Of a stretch of 64,000 nucleotides of DNA, positions 9,312 through 18,432 are shown in pieces. The stretch spans positions 1 to 64,000 of the forward strand of contig JAYZBQ010000026.1 in the NCBI GenBank assembly GCA_036338695.1. The letters are read 5' to 3'. The DNA comes from Myxococcota bacterium (GTDB lineage: Bacteria; Myxococcota; UBA4151). The notes beneath the pieces are model-generated. The model did no database searches and was not told the DNA's origin. It worked only from the letters and a program-made list of their open reading frames with translations. A program made the translations under genes and the position numbers. Numbering within the stretch: the first letter of the stretch is position 1; each line of letters starts with the position of its first letter.

Positions 9312-10027
9312 CAGCCGATCCTCCCGTCTCGCAGCATCACAAAGACCATCGAGACCAAAAGATCGATAAAGAGCACCGCGATGGTCCCTTGGACCACGGC
9401 GGTGGCGGAGGCCTGCCCGACTGCGCCCGAGCCGCCGCGTGCAGCCAGCCCGACGCGCGCGGCGATAAACGGGATCACCGCACCAAAAAGGACCGCCTTG
9501 ATCAGCGCGCACAGCAGGTCGAGGCTGTCCAGGTGCCGAAAGAAGAGGAACTCCTCTTGCGGGACGTTGAACCAGACGGCGACGGCGAGCGTTCCGGCGA
9601 ACAGGAAACTCGCCACACCGACAGGCACCAGCAAAACGCAGCCGACCACTCCAGCCCAGACGCGTGGAATCACGAGGTCTCGCTGCGCTCGACCTCCAAA
9701 GACTTGATAGGCCGTTGTCGCTTGACTGACCGTCAGGTTGGCGATCTCGGCGGCGATCCCACTGCCGACGCGCATGGTCAACATCAGGGCGGTAATCACG
9801 GGACCCAGCTCGGTGACCGTTAAACGCATGTACTCCGGCCCAAGCACCTCCACCGTGCCGATGATGTTCTTGGCCTGAATGGCGCCCTCTCGCGCAAAGG
9901 CCACCCCCGCCAGGCTCAACGTCACGACGATCAGCGGCAAGCTCGAGACCGCTAAGTGGTCGAGATGAACCCACCCCTGCCCGACCAACCATGGGGGCTT
10001 GACGCCCGTGCGGCGCGCGGTGGTCAT
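9311..10027 (-). CDS. mlaE: MlaE-family ABC permease (copy B)
   Basis: ELGPVITALMLTMRVGSGIAAEIA, VIPRVWAG, KAVLFG, GSGAVGQASATAVV. ATG 10027 overlaps the upstream stop (TGATG). Confidence 0.85.
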   Translation of the reverse strand: MTTARRTGVKPPWLVGQGWVHLDHLAVSSLPLIVVTLSLAGVAFAREGAIQAKNIIGTVEVLGPEYMRLTVTELGPVITALMLTMRVGSGIAAEIANLTVSQATTAYQVFGGRAQRDLVIPRVWAGVVGCVLLVPVGVASFLFAGTLAVAVWFNVPQEEFLFFRHLDSLDLLCALIKAVLFGAVIPFIAARVGLAARGGSGAVGQASATAVVQGTIAVLFIDLLVSMVFVMLRDGRIG

Positions 10028-10770
10028 CAGAACACCCACGTGCAGGCGAAGTTCGCCGTCACGATCCCGACCGCAGAGGCGACCGCAGCGTTGTTGACGG
10101 ACAGCCCCACCGCGGTCGAACCGCCTTCCGCTTGCAGCCCTTCATAGGTGCTCAGCAACCCGACGATCAGAGCAAAGAGGCCGGCCTTGGCTTGACCGAT
10201 AAAGAGATACGAGAGGCTCGCCCCGTCGTGCAGCGAGTAGAGGAAGGGGACGAGCTTGAGCCCTGTGGCGGTCGTGACGCCGAGCACCGCCGTGATCAAT
10301 GAAGCGATCGCGGCGACGCTGAACAACGCGATCCCTGCAATCGCTGCGGCGTAGACGCGCGGCGCAACGACGATCGGGACGGGGTCGAGCCCAAGCGCTT
10401 CGAGCCCTCGGATCTGGTCGCGCACCTTCATGTCGGCGAGCTCCGCCGCGTTCATCGCGCCCACGCGCCCAGCAAGCAGGAGCCCGGTCAGCAAGGGGCC
10501 GACCTCGCGCAGCGTCGCGTACCCGACCGCCCAGCCTGCGAGCTCGCCTGCGCTGTAATTGGTGACGTAGGTCGACGCATGTACGGCGACGATCCCCCCC
10601 ACCGCGCAGCCCGCTGCGATGACGATCAGGATGCTCTGATAACCGAAGTGCTCGAGCTGATAGATGGTCTCTCGCAGGTCCGGTCGGACGCCGGCTAGCT
10701 GTCGGACCATTCGGTAAGCCGGTGCCAACCAGCGCACCGGGATCAGAAAGCTCTTGAGCACACTCACCAT
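10027..10770 (-). CDS. mlaE: MlaE-family ABC permease (copy A)
   Basis: REVGPLLTGLLLAGRVGAMNAAELADMKVRDQIRGLEALGLDP, APRV, GGSTAVGLSVNNAAV. Confidence 0.9.
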   Translation of the reverse strand: MVSVLKSFLIPVRWLAPAYRMVRQLAGVRPDLRETIYQLEHFGYQSILIVIAAGCAVGGIVAVHASTYVTNYSAGELAGWAVGYATLREVGPLLTGLLLAGRVGAMNAAELADMKVRDQIRGLEALGLDPVPIVVAPRVYAAAIAGIALFSVAAIASLITAVLGVTTATGLKLVPFLYSLHDGASLSYLFIGQAKAGLFALIVGLLSTYEGLQAEGGSTAVGLSVNNAAVASAVGIVTANFACTWVF

Positions 10771-11462
10771 GGTCGATGCCCCTCGCAGAAGTCGAGGACG
10801 TCACCAGCGAGGACAGCCGGGAGCGGCCCGCGCGCCAACCCTCCGGAGATCAAAATGACCCCTTCGACGTAGGGCAGCGCCGAGCGCACATCGTGGGTCG
10901 TCACGACACCAGTGGCCTGACGAGCCTCGAGCAAGCGTGCGATCAATCGAAGAGAACGTGATGCGGTTACCGGGTCCAACCCGGCGGTCGGCCCATCAAA
11001 CACGAGAAAGCGCGGGTCGTGAATGAGCGAACGCGCCAGCTGAAGCCGAGTCAACATGCCGCCGCTGAGCTCACCAGGGCGCTTCGAGGCGGCGTCTGCG
11101 ATGCCGAGCTCCTCGAGCAGCGCCAGGGCGCGCGCGTCGCCCTCCTCTTGATCGATTCCTCGCAAGTCGAGCGGCAAGCGCACGTTCTCGAGCACCGACC
11201 GGTCAGGAATGCTGGCGTGCGTATCAAAGACCATCCCCACCTCATCGCGGTGCGCTGCGTCGACACGATGATCGCTGCCATAGAGCCGTCGACCGTGCAC
11301 CGCCACCACGCCGGCGTCCGGCGGCTGAAGACCTGCCAAGCAGCGCAAAAGCAGCGACTTACCAGAATTTGTCGGACCGAACATGGCGTAAAGACTCCCC
11401 TCTGGGAGCGCCATGTTGAGGTTCCGAAGCGGACCAAGGTGCAAGGACTGGAGCTCGATCAT
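10764..11462 (-). CDS. mlaF: ABC ATPase, MlaF/Mkl family (copy A), lacking the catalytic Glu
   Basis: Walker A GPTNSGKS, signature ELSGGM, Walker B FLVFDGPTAGLDP (DE replaced by DG), H-loop TTHD. Confidence 0.8.
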   Translation of the reverse strand: MIELQSLHLGPLRNLNMALPEGSLYAMFGPTNSGKSLLLRCLAGLQPPDAGVVAVHGRRLYGSDHRVDAAHRDEVGMVFDTHASIPDRSVLENVRLPLDLRGIDQEEGDARALALLEELGIADAASKRPGELSGGMLTRLQLARSLIHDPRFLVFDGPTAGLDPVTASRSLRLIARLLEARQATGVVTTHDVRSALPYVEGVILISGGLARGPLPAVLAGDVLDFCEGHRPW

Positions 11463-12148
11463 CGGTCGAGCTCCTCGAGCCGCGCCTTGGCGAAGCGCAC
11501 GCAGGCTCGGTCGTCCAGTCGTTCGCAGACGCGCACGAGCTCATCGGCTGCGCCACGCAGCCCGGCGAATTCGGCGTGACCAAAACTCGACCAGACGCCC
11601 CGGCGCGGCTCAATGGCGCGCCGCAGCCAGCCCCTGCGGTCTGCATCGCCGCTCGCTTGGCGCGCCAGCGCCAACATCGCGCGCCGACCCCGTACCCCGT
11701 TCGGATCGGCCGCGACCGCTCGCTTGAGCGCTTGGCGCTGCGGCTCGCCCTTGAGTCGCTCGGCCACTCCGAGCGCGCAGGCTGCTGTCAAAAGGTCGCT
11801 GCGCTGTGCGGCTTGAGCAAGTACTGGATCCTCTGGATCAGCGGTTGCTCGGCTGCAATAGCGCTCGGTCAACTCTAAGCTGTGCGGCTCGTCTAGGCTG
11901 AGCTCAAGACTCGCCAACCAGGCAGGCCGCGGATTCTCACCGGCTGCCTCAAGGCACAGATACCCTCGCCGAGCGGCGCGCAGGCGCCATGACTTTGGCT
12001 CTGCGCTTGCGCTGTAGCGAGCGGTCCACACCGAGCAGTCGACGTCAGTGCTCGCCTCCCCCGCCCAAGCGGGCCGAGCGCGGGGAATCGGCGTCGCCAC
12101 ACAGGCGCTCAGAGCCATCCCCAGCATGATCACGCGTCGACCCACCAT
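11459..12148 (-). CDS. Helical (TPR-like) lipoprotein, hypothetical
   Basis: Likely start MVGRRVIMLGMALSAC (lipobox LSAC). Ala/Arg-rich helices. Stop overlaps the mlaF copy A start. Confidence 0.55.
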   Translation of the reverse strand: MVGRRVIMLGMALSACVATPIPRARPAWAGEASTDVDCSVWTARYSASAEPKSWRLRAARRGYLCLEAAGENPRPAWLASLELSLDEPHSLELTERYCSRATADPEDPVLAQAAQRSDLLTAACALGVAERLKGEPQRQALKRAVAADPNGVRGRRAMLALARQASGDADRRGWLRRAIEPRRGVWSSFGHAEFAGLRGAADELVRVCERLDDRACVRFAKARLEELDR

Positions 12149-12209
12149 AGGTGGACATGGTGGTCGCCTTCGCGGCGCGACGCAAAATCTCTCGTCTACG
12201 GCCGGCCGC

Positions 12210-13169
12210 TCAGTCGGTCTGATCCACCCGACGAAAGGCCGAGACGCGCAGCCGCGCGTCCTGGTTCGGCTCGTGAAAATCGTCGCCGCTCGTGGCTCGC
12301 CAGAAGGGGACGAACTCAACGCCTTGCGCGCTGGCTGTTTCGATCACCTGCGCCTCCCACTGCGCTTGATCCACCCCGCGACGATTGAGCAGCGCCAGCA
12401 ACCAGCCACCCGGCTCAAGCAGCGGCGCAGCCGCGCTGACCAACAGATGCCAAGCCTGCGGATCTTTGCGTCGTTTTCCAGGCAATCTCGGCGGCGGATC
12501 GAGGATGATCCCCCCCGCCAAGCGCCGTCGTTTTCGGAGCCATCGCAGCACATCCGCCTTCATCAGGTCGCGGTCATCGATGCGCTGCCCGTTGAGCGCA
12601 TGATTCCGTCGAGCCCGCTCCAGCTGCGCGGCCTGCAAGTCGACTTGGATACACCCCTGCGCGCCGCCTGCACGCGCCGCCACGCCAAGCGAGCCGGTGT
12701 AGGCGAAGGTGTTGAGGACGAGCAGCCCTTGGCTGTGGTCCAGCAGCCACCGTCGCACCGGGCGTGCATCTAAGAACAAGCCCAGATTCTGAGCCGCCAG
12801 CGGCTCGAGCGCAAAGGTCAAACCCTGCTCTTCAACCAACCACTCAGGGTCTCGCAAGACGCCGCTGAGTACAGCGCCTCCTGATCGACCGAGAGCTCTC
12901 CCCTTGTGGATCACCGCCACGGGTGAGAAGCGCTCGTTCAGCCACCTCGTGACCGTGGCGAGATCATAGCGACCCGGTTGCATCTCCCACACCACAGCGA
13001 GCCCGTTCGCCCAATCCAAGTTCATCCCAGGCAGCTGATCACCAAACCCGTGCACCAAACGATACACGTTGGTCGCCTCGCGCTGAGGTAAATCGATCCG
13101 GCGATCGGCGGCGGCTTCGAGGCGCTGCCAGAGCGTTTCTGGGTTGATGTGTTGCGCGTCTAAGACCAT
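12210..13169 (-). CDS. Class I SAM-dependent RNA methyltransferase (RlmI/RlmK-like)
   Basis: YRLVHGFGDQLPG, QNLGLFLDARPVR, VLNTFAYTGSLG, IILDPP. Confidence 0.85.
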   Translation of the reverse strand: MVLDAQHINPETLWQRLEAAADRRIDLPQREATNVYRLVHGFGDQLPGMNLDWANGLAVVWEMQPGRYDLATVTRWLNERFSPVAVIHKGRALGRSGGAVLSGVLRDPEWLVEEQGLTFALEPLAAQNLGLFLDARPVRRWLLDHSQGLLVLNTFAYTGSLGVAARAGGAQGCIQVDLQAAQLERARRNHALNGQRIDDRDLMKADVLRWLRKRRRLAGGIILDPPPRLPGKRRKDPQAWHLLVSAAAPLLEPGGWLLALLNRRGVDQAQWEAQVIETASAQGVEFVPFWRATSGDDFHEPNQDARLRVSAFRRVDQTD

Positions 13170-13178
13170 GAGCAGGCC

Positions 13179-14030
13179 ATGATGGATTTACGCGCTCATG
13201 CCAAGATCAACTTGCACCTGCACAGCGTGCAACGTCGCCAGGACGGCTACCACGAGCTCGACACCGTCTTCTGCCACCTCGACCTGCACGATGACGTCCA
13301 TGTTACCTTGCGGCAGGGCGTCATCGAGTTGGAGAGCCAGACCGGGCTGTCCGTGACCGAGGACCTCGCAGGGCGCGCCGCGACGAGCCTGCAAGCCGAG
13401 CTCAGCGACGCAGCCCTCGGCTGCGCGCTGCGCATCATCAAACGCATCCCGGCAGGAGGCGGGCTCGGCGGCGGCTCGGCAGATGCTGCGGCGGTCTTAC
13501 GTGGGCTCGCTGAGCTGTGGTCCGCGCCGCCTGCTACGGTCGCCTCCCTCGCTGCACAACTTGGCGCCGATGTCCCCTTCTTGCTCAAGGGTGGACTGGC
13601 GAGAGCAGGCGGTGTCGGCGATGAGCTGACGCCGCTTGCAACGCCCTTGCATCCCGCCCAGGTGACCCTGCTTTTTCCTGGCGTTCCCGTCTCGACCCCC
13701 GAGGCGTACCGCTGGCTCGATGAAGACGGACTCGACCGAGACCACCAGGGCGCCAGACACCTTGAGCGACTGCTCGCCGAGCTGCAGACCGGCTCGCCCA
13801 ATTTTATTAAACATGTTTATAACAGTTTTGATGCGCCCGTGTGCCGGCGAGTGCCCGAGGTGCGCGCCGCCTTCCAAGCCGCCCAATCGCTCGGACTGCG
13901 CCCGCTTTTGTGCGGCTCAGGCTCGACCGTCGCGGCTTTTGGACGCCTCCCGGGCGGAGCCAAGGAGGCGCTGAGCCCGTTTCAGCCCATCACGGCGAGC
14001 CTTGCTGGCTTTGCCGGGTCTTACGCCTAG
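13179..14030 (+). CDS. ispE: 4-diphosphocytidyl-2-C-methyl-D-erythritol kinase
   Basis: AHAKINLHL, RQDGYHEL, GHMP motif KRIPAGGGLGGGSADAA, LGADVPF, GSGSTV. Confidence 0.95.
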   Translation: MMDLRAHAKINLHLHSVQRRQDGYHELDTVFCHLDLHDDVHVTLRQGVIELESQTGLSVTEDLAGRAATSLQAELSDAALGCALRIIKRIPAGGGLGGGSADAAAVLRGLAELWSAPPATVASLAAQLGADVPFLLKGGLARAGGVGDELTPLATPLHPAQVTLLFPGVPVSTPEAYRWLDEDGLDRDHQGARHLERLLAELQTGSPNFIKHVYNSFDAPVCRRVPEVRAAFQAAQSLGLRPLLCGSGSTVAAFGRLPGGAKEALSPFQPITASLAGFAGSYA

Positions 14031-14050
14031 TTGCGCTCAAGCCCGAACGG

Positions 14051-17000
14051 TCAGGCGTCGAGCGCCTCGGGCAGCTCCTGCACCGGTGGGCGCTCCGAGC
14101 TGTACAGCCGCTTGATCCAGCCGAGCACCCCGCCGATGTCCTCAAGGACCAAATAGGCGCAAGGGACCAAGAACAGGATCACGCCCGTGGCGAAGAGCAC
14201 GCCGAACGCTAAGCTCACCGCCATCGGGATCAAGAACTTAGCCTGCATCGAGGTCTCGAGCAGCATCGGCAGCAGGCCAAAGAAGGTGGTCATCGAGGTC
14301 AGGAAGATCGGACGGAACCGGCGGATAGCCGCCTCCACCACCGCCCGCTCCACGTTCTCCTCCTCCCGCCGGTAGCGGTTGATAAAGTCAACGAGGACCA
14401 AGGAGTCGTTCACCACCACGCCCATCAGCGCCAAGATCCCCATCATCGAGATAAAGGTCAGCGGCATCCCGAGCACAAAGTGTCCGAGCGCAGCCCCGAC
14501 GACGCCGAAGGGGATCGCCGACATCACCGCCAAGGGCTGGAAATAACTCCGAAACGGAATCGCCAGTAGGATATAGATCACCAACAGCGCGATGGCGCCC
14601 GCCTTACCCAGCGCCTTGAAGCTCTCTTCACGCTCAGCTCGCTCGCCCTGAAAGCTGTAGGTCAGCCCCGGGAAGTCCGCCATCATCGCCGGTAAAATGG
14701 TCTTCTTCAGGTCGGCGTTCACCTCGTCGGCGGTGACGATGCTCGCCTGTACCCGCGCCGAGACCGACAAGACGCGCTTGCTGTCTTTGCGACTGATCGC
14801 TGAATACGCGTTCCCCTCCGAGATGATCGCCGCCTCACGTAAGGGCATCTCGCCGCCACGCGGCGTCCTCACCAACAGCTCGTCGAGATCCGACATATTC
14901 GCTCGCTGCTCTTTCGGAAGCTTGACCATCACTCGGACCTCGTCGCGGTCCTTTTGTTGCCGGACCGCTTCGGTCCCATAGATCGCCGAGCGTACTTGGC
15001 GCGCCAGATCAGCCTGAGCCAAGCCGGCGGCGCGGGCGCGCTCGGTGAGCTTTAAGTCCATTTGCTGCTTGCCGCTCGAGCGACCGTCCTCAATGTCGGT
15101 CACCCCTTGAATGCCCTCAAGCTCCTGCCGCAGACGATCCGCTGCGAGCTCAAGCTGCTCGGTGTCTGCGTGCGAAAACTGCACCATCACCGGCGCGCCA
15201 AAATTCGGCCCTAAATTGGAGCGAAAGCTCACGTTGACGACCCCAGGGAGCTTACCCACCGCCTCACGCCAGCGGCGCTCAAAATCGATGGTCGAGAACC
15301 CGCGGATGCTCTCCTCTTCAAAGGAGATCCGGATCGAGGCTTTGTGCGACACCCCGGCGCCGCCGAGCCCAAAATCACCCGGACCGCCGCCTGACTGGCG
15401 GTTACCTAGCAAGGCGTAGATCCCACGCGCCGTCGACCGCCCCTGCTCAGCGTCGTATTCAGCGATCAGCTCTTGAGCCTTCTGAACAACTGTCGCCATC
15501 ACGGCGCGCGTCTCCTCGGCGGGGACGCCCTCGGTCATCGAGATGTTGGCGTTGACGCGGTCGCTCTCAATCGGTGGGAAGAAGCGGAACTGGATGATCC
15601 CGCCGCGCACCATCCCGGCTGTCAGCATGGCTGATAACATCAAGAAGGCAATCGTTGTGTAGCGATACGAGACCGCCACCGCCACCGCACGCCGAAACGG
15701 TCCTTGCAGAAAGACCTGCAGCGCGGCGTCTACACGCCCTTGGACCCAGTGAAAGGGCTTGACCCAGCGCGCCTCTTTGACCGGGTGGTTGAGGTGAGCC
15801 GGCAAGATCAGCAAGGACTCGACGAGGCTACAGAACAGCACGCTGACGACCACCACGGGGACCGCCCACATGAACTTGCCCATCATCCCCCCCACGACAG
15901 CGAGCGGGCTGAACGCTGCGACCGTGGTCAGGATCGAGAAGATGACCGGGTGACCCACCTCGCGGGCGCCCTCGATCGCGGCGACCTCATAGCTGTCACC
16001 CATCTGTCTACGCGCATAGATGTTCTCACCCACGACGATAGCGTCATCAACGACGAGCCCGAGCACGAGGATGAATCCAAACAGCGAGATCATATTGACC
16101 GAGGCGCCCATGGAGGGGACCAGCAAAAAGGCGCCGGCGAAGCTGATCGGGATACCGATCGTGACCCAGAACGCGAGCCGAATCTCGAGGAAGAGCGCCA
16201 AGACGATGATCACCAGTAAAAGCCCGCTGGCGGCGTTGCGTGTGAGCAGATCCATTCGCCCCGAGAGCATCTCGGAGCGGTCCATCCAGGTGGCGACCTT
16301 TACCGAGGGTGGCAGCTCAGCGAGCTTCTTCTCGGTGAACGCCTTGACCGCCTGAGCCACGCCCTTAGGCGTCTGCTTTCCGGTCCGGCTGACCGTGAGC
16401 ATCACCGCGGGCAAACCGTTGAAGGTCGCCTCGGTGAAGGTCTCCGTAAAGTCGTCGCGCAAGGTGGCGACGTCGCGCAGCTGTACGCGCGTGCCGTCCG
16501 GCCGCGACAGCACCGTGAGCGCACCGTACTCCTCAGCCGAGAAGCGCTGCTCCTTCGTGCGCACGAGGATCTCCCCGGAGCCCGTCTTAAGGCTCCCGGC
16601 GGGTAGGTCGATCGACGCGGCACGGATCGCCTGGGCGAGCTGAGACATGGTCATGCCGTAGCGGCGCAGGTCCTCTCGGCGCACCTCGATCACCGTCTCG
16701 TACCCGCGCACGCCCGAGAGCGCGACCTTCGAGACGTCGTCGAGCGCCAGCAGCTCGTCACGCATGGTCACGGCGCTCTCACGCAAGGTGCGCTCGTCGA
16801 GGTCGCCGTAGATCACCATCGAGATGACCTGGGTCTGTGAGGCGGGCAGACTCACGATCGGGCGCTCAACGTCCGCCGGGAACGTCCGGATCCGATCGAT
16901 CGCCGACTTGATCTCTTGCAGCACCTTGTCGGAGTCGGCTCCCGATTGCAGCTCGAACCACCCCGTCGCAACGCTCTCGCCTGCGCTGCAATGGATCCTC

Positions 17001-17257
17001 TTAACCCCGTCGACGCCGCGCACCGCCTCTTCGAAGCGCAAGCAGATCGCCTGCTCGGTCTCCTCGGGGCTCGCCCCGGGATACACCGCCGACGCGGTGA
17101 TGATATCGAGCGTCACCTCCGGGAAGATCTCTTGCTTGATGCCGCTGCCGATAAAAGCCCCTGCGATGAGCATAAAACCCATCAGCAGATTGGCGACGAC
17201 CGTGTTGCGTGCCATCCACGCGATCGGGCCTGAGGCGATCTTCTTGGGGTCGGTCAT
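14051..17257 (-). CDS. RND efflux transporter permease (AcrB/AcrD/AcrF family)
   Basis: 1068 aa; YPGASPEE, GLVVDDAIVVGENI, GVVVNDSLVLVD, RFRPIFLTSMTT, PMAVSLAFG. Confidence 0.95.
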   Translation of the reverse strand: MTDPKKIASGPIAWMARNTVVANLLMGFMLIAGAFIGSGIKQEIFPEVTLDIITASAVYPGASPEETEQAICLRFEEAVRGVDGVKRIHCSAGESVATGWFELQSGADSDKVLQEIKSAIDRIRTFPADVERPIVSLPASQTQVISMVIYGDLDERTLRESAVTMRDELLALDDVSKVALSGVRGYETVIEVRREDLRRYGMTMSQLAQAIRAASIDLPAGSLKTGSGEILVRTKEQRFSAEEYGALTVLSRPDGTRVQLRDVATLRDDFTETFTEATFNGLPAVMLTVSRTGKQTPKGVAQAVKAFTEKKLAELPPSVKVATWMDRSEMLSGRMDLLTRNAASGLLLVIIVLALFLEIRLAFWVTIGIPISFAGAFLLVPSMGASVNMISLFGFILVLGLVVDDAIVVGENIYARRQMGDSYEVAAIEGAREVGHPVIFSILTTVAAFSPLAVVGGMMGKFMWAVPVVVVSVLFCSLVESLLILPAHLNHPVKEARWVKPFHWVQGRVDAALQVFLQGPFRRAVAVAVSYRYTTIAFLMLSAMLTAGMVRGGIIQFRFFPPIESDRVNANISMTEGVPAEETRAVMATVVQKAQELIAEYDAEQGRSTARGIYALLGNRQSGGGPGDFGLGGAGVSHKASIRISFEEESIRGFSTIDFERRWREAVGKLPGVVNVSFRSNLGPNFGAPVMVQFSHADTEQLELAADRLRQELEGIQGVTDIEDGRSSGKQQMDLKLTERARAAGLAQADLARQVRSAIYGTEAVRQQKDRDEVRVMVKLPKEQRANMSDLDELLVRTPRGGEMPLREAAIISEGNAYSAISRKDSKRVLSVSARVQASIVTADEVNADLKKTILPAMMADFPGLTYSFQGERAEREESFKALGKAGAIALLVIYILLAIPFRSYFQPLAVMSAIPFGVVGAALGHFVLGMPLTFISMMGILALMGVVVNDSLVLVDFINRYRREEENVERAVVEAAIRRFRPIFLTSMTTFFGLLPMLLETSMQAKFLIPMAVSLAFGVLFATGVILFLVPCAYLVLEDIGGVLGWIKRLYSSERPPVQELPEALDA

Positions 17258-18432
17258 GGCTTGATCCCTTGCGCGCTGGCTTGCTCAGCGGGTGTCCCAT
17301 CGGCGAGATCGGTCCGCTTGACCTTAGTCCCCGCTAGCGGGTTGCGCATGCGTGAAATGACCAGCTCATCACCCTCTGAGAGCCCTGAAGCCACGAACGC
17401 AAACCCTGGGCTGCGATGCACGATCTCGACCTGACGAGCCGCCAGTCGGTCCTCTGCGTCGACCACGAAGACCCGACCGTTGTTGAAGGCTCGGTCCGGC
17501 ACCATAAAGACCTGCTTGAACGGGACCCCTGCGATCTGGACGCTGACAAAGCTCCCGAGAAAGAGCTGCTTCCCTTCGGCGAGCGGCTTGTCGATCCGGA
17601 TCGCCAGTCGAGCCAATCGCCCCAGCGGCTCGAGCTCCGCCTCCAACCGATCGATCCGAGCCCGCCAGCGCTGTTGGTCGCTGCGGTCGGTCTTCACCCA
17701 GACCTCGCGCTCGGTCATGTCGCCGCCCGCCTGGATCAGCGCCAACTTGTCTTCGCCGATTGAGACCATCACTTCATACATCTCCGTACCGGCGACTGCG
17801 ACCAACATCCGCCCCGGTCCGACGTTGTCGCCGACCTCCACCTGCCGCTGCCGCACAACGCAATCATACGGTGCCCGCAAGGCGGTTCGATCGACCGCCA
17901 ACTGGGCGAGTCGTTGCCCCGCCTGAGCGCTCGAGAGCGCTGCCTCGGCGGCGCGCAGCTGCGGTTCGTACTGAGCTAACGGGTGGGCTTCTTGCGCATT
18001 CCCCACCCCGCTGCCCGCATATTCGGCCTGCGCCACACGCTGGCGCTGCTGCATCATCTCAAACTCCATCTGGGCGCGCTGCACCTGCGCTTGCGCCTGC
18101 ACCAACCGCGCCCGGTAGTCGCGATCGTCGATGCGCAGCAGCGTCTCACCCTTGGCGAACCGCCCACCCGTTTTCAGCTTGGTGCTCAAGCTCACGACGC
18201 GCCCCGCAACCTGTGCGCTCAGCGCCGTGTTCTGAACGGGTTGCACCGTCCCCTCAGCGAGCACTGAAAACGGTGCGTCGCGACGCGCGATCTTGTCGGT
18301 TTGAACCGCCACTGTTCGCTCGGTCGTAGGTTTCTTCTTAGGCGCCCGATCTCGCCCACCCAAAGCCCCGGCGCCGACAGCGCCGACGACAAGCAAAAGG
18401 ACCGGGAGACCGATTTTAAGCAACAACTTCAT
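17254..18432 (-). CDS. RND periplasmic adaptor (membrane fusion protein)
   Basis: N-terminal anchor, lipoyl halves (AQVAGRVV, LRAPYDCVV), alpha-hairpin, SGLSEGDELV. Confidence 0.92.
   Translation of the reverse strand: MKLLLKIGLPVLLLVVGAVGAGALGGRDRAPKKKPTTERTVAVQTDKIARRDAPFSVLAEGTVQPVQNTALSAQVAGRVVSLSTKLKTGGRFAKGETLLRIDDRDYRARLVQAQAQVQRAQMEFEMMQQRQRVAQAEYAGSGVGNAQEAHPLAQYEPQLRAAEAALSSAQAGQRLAQLAVDRTALRAPYDCVVRQRQVEVGDNVGPGRMLVAVAGTEMYEVMVSIGEDKLALIQAGGDMTEREVWVKTDRSDQQRWRARIDRLEAELEPLGRLARLAIRIDKPLAEGKQLFLGSFVSVQIAGVPFKQVFMVPDRAFNNGRVFVVDAEDRLAARQVEIVHRSPGFAFVASGLSEGDELVISRMRNPLAGTKVKRTDLADGTPAEQASAQGIKP

Noticed and set aside
9312..9992. Apparent 227-aa N-terminal extension on the ABC ATPase (475-aa ORF)
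   Set aside because: It is an off-frame reading of mlaE; the real start is the TGATG-coupled ATG at 9311. The same reasoning trims the ORF-track starts of the GMC gene, glpX, gltA, fabG, fabH, rpmF and HEAT-PilT.
13800..13829. AT-rich patch as a dif (XerCD) site
   Set aside because: It lacks the TTATGTTAAAT XerD arm and the 11-6-11 layout, and lies within a coding region.
14390..14440. RND TM10 reads GVVVNDSLVL instead of AcrB-type AKNAIL
   Set aside because: I recognise this as a common RND subfamily variant, and the TM4 DD pair is intact, so it is not evidence of a defect.
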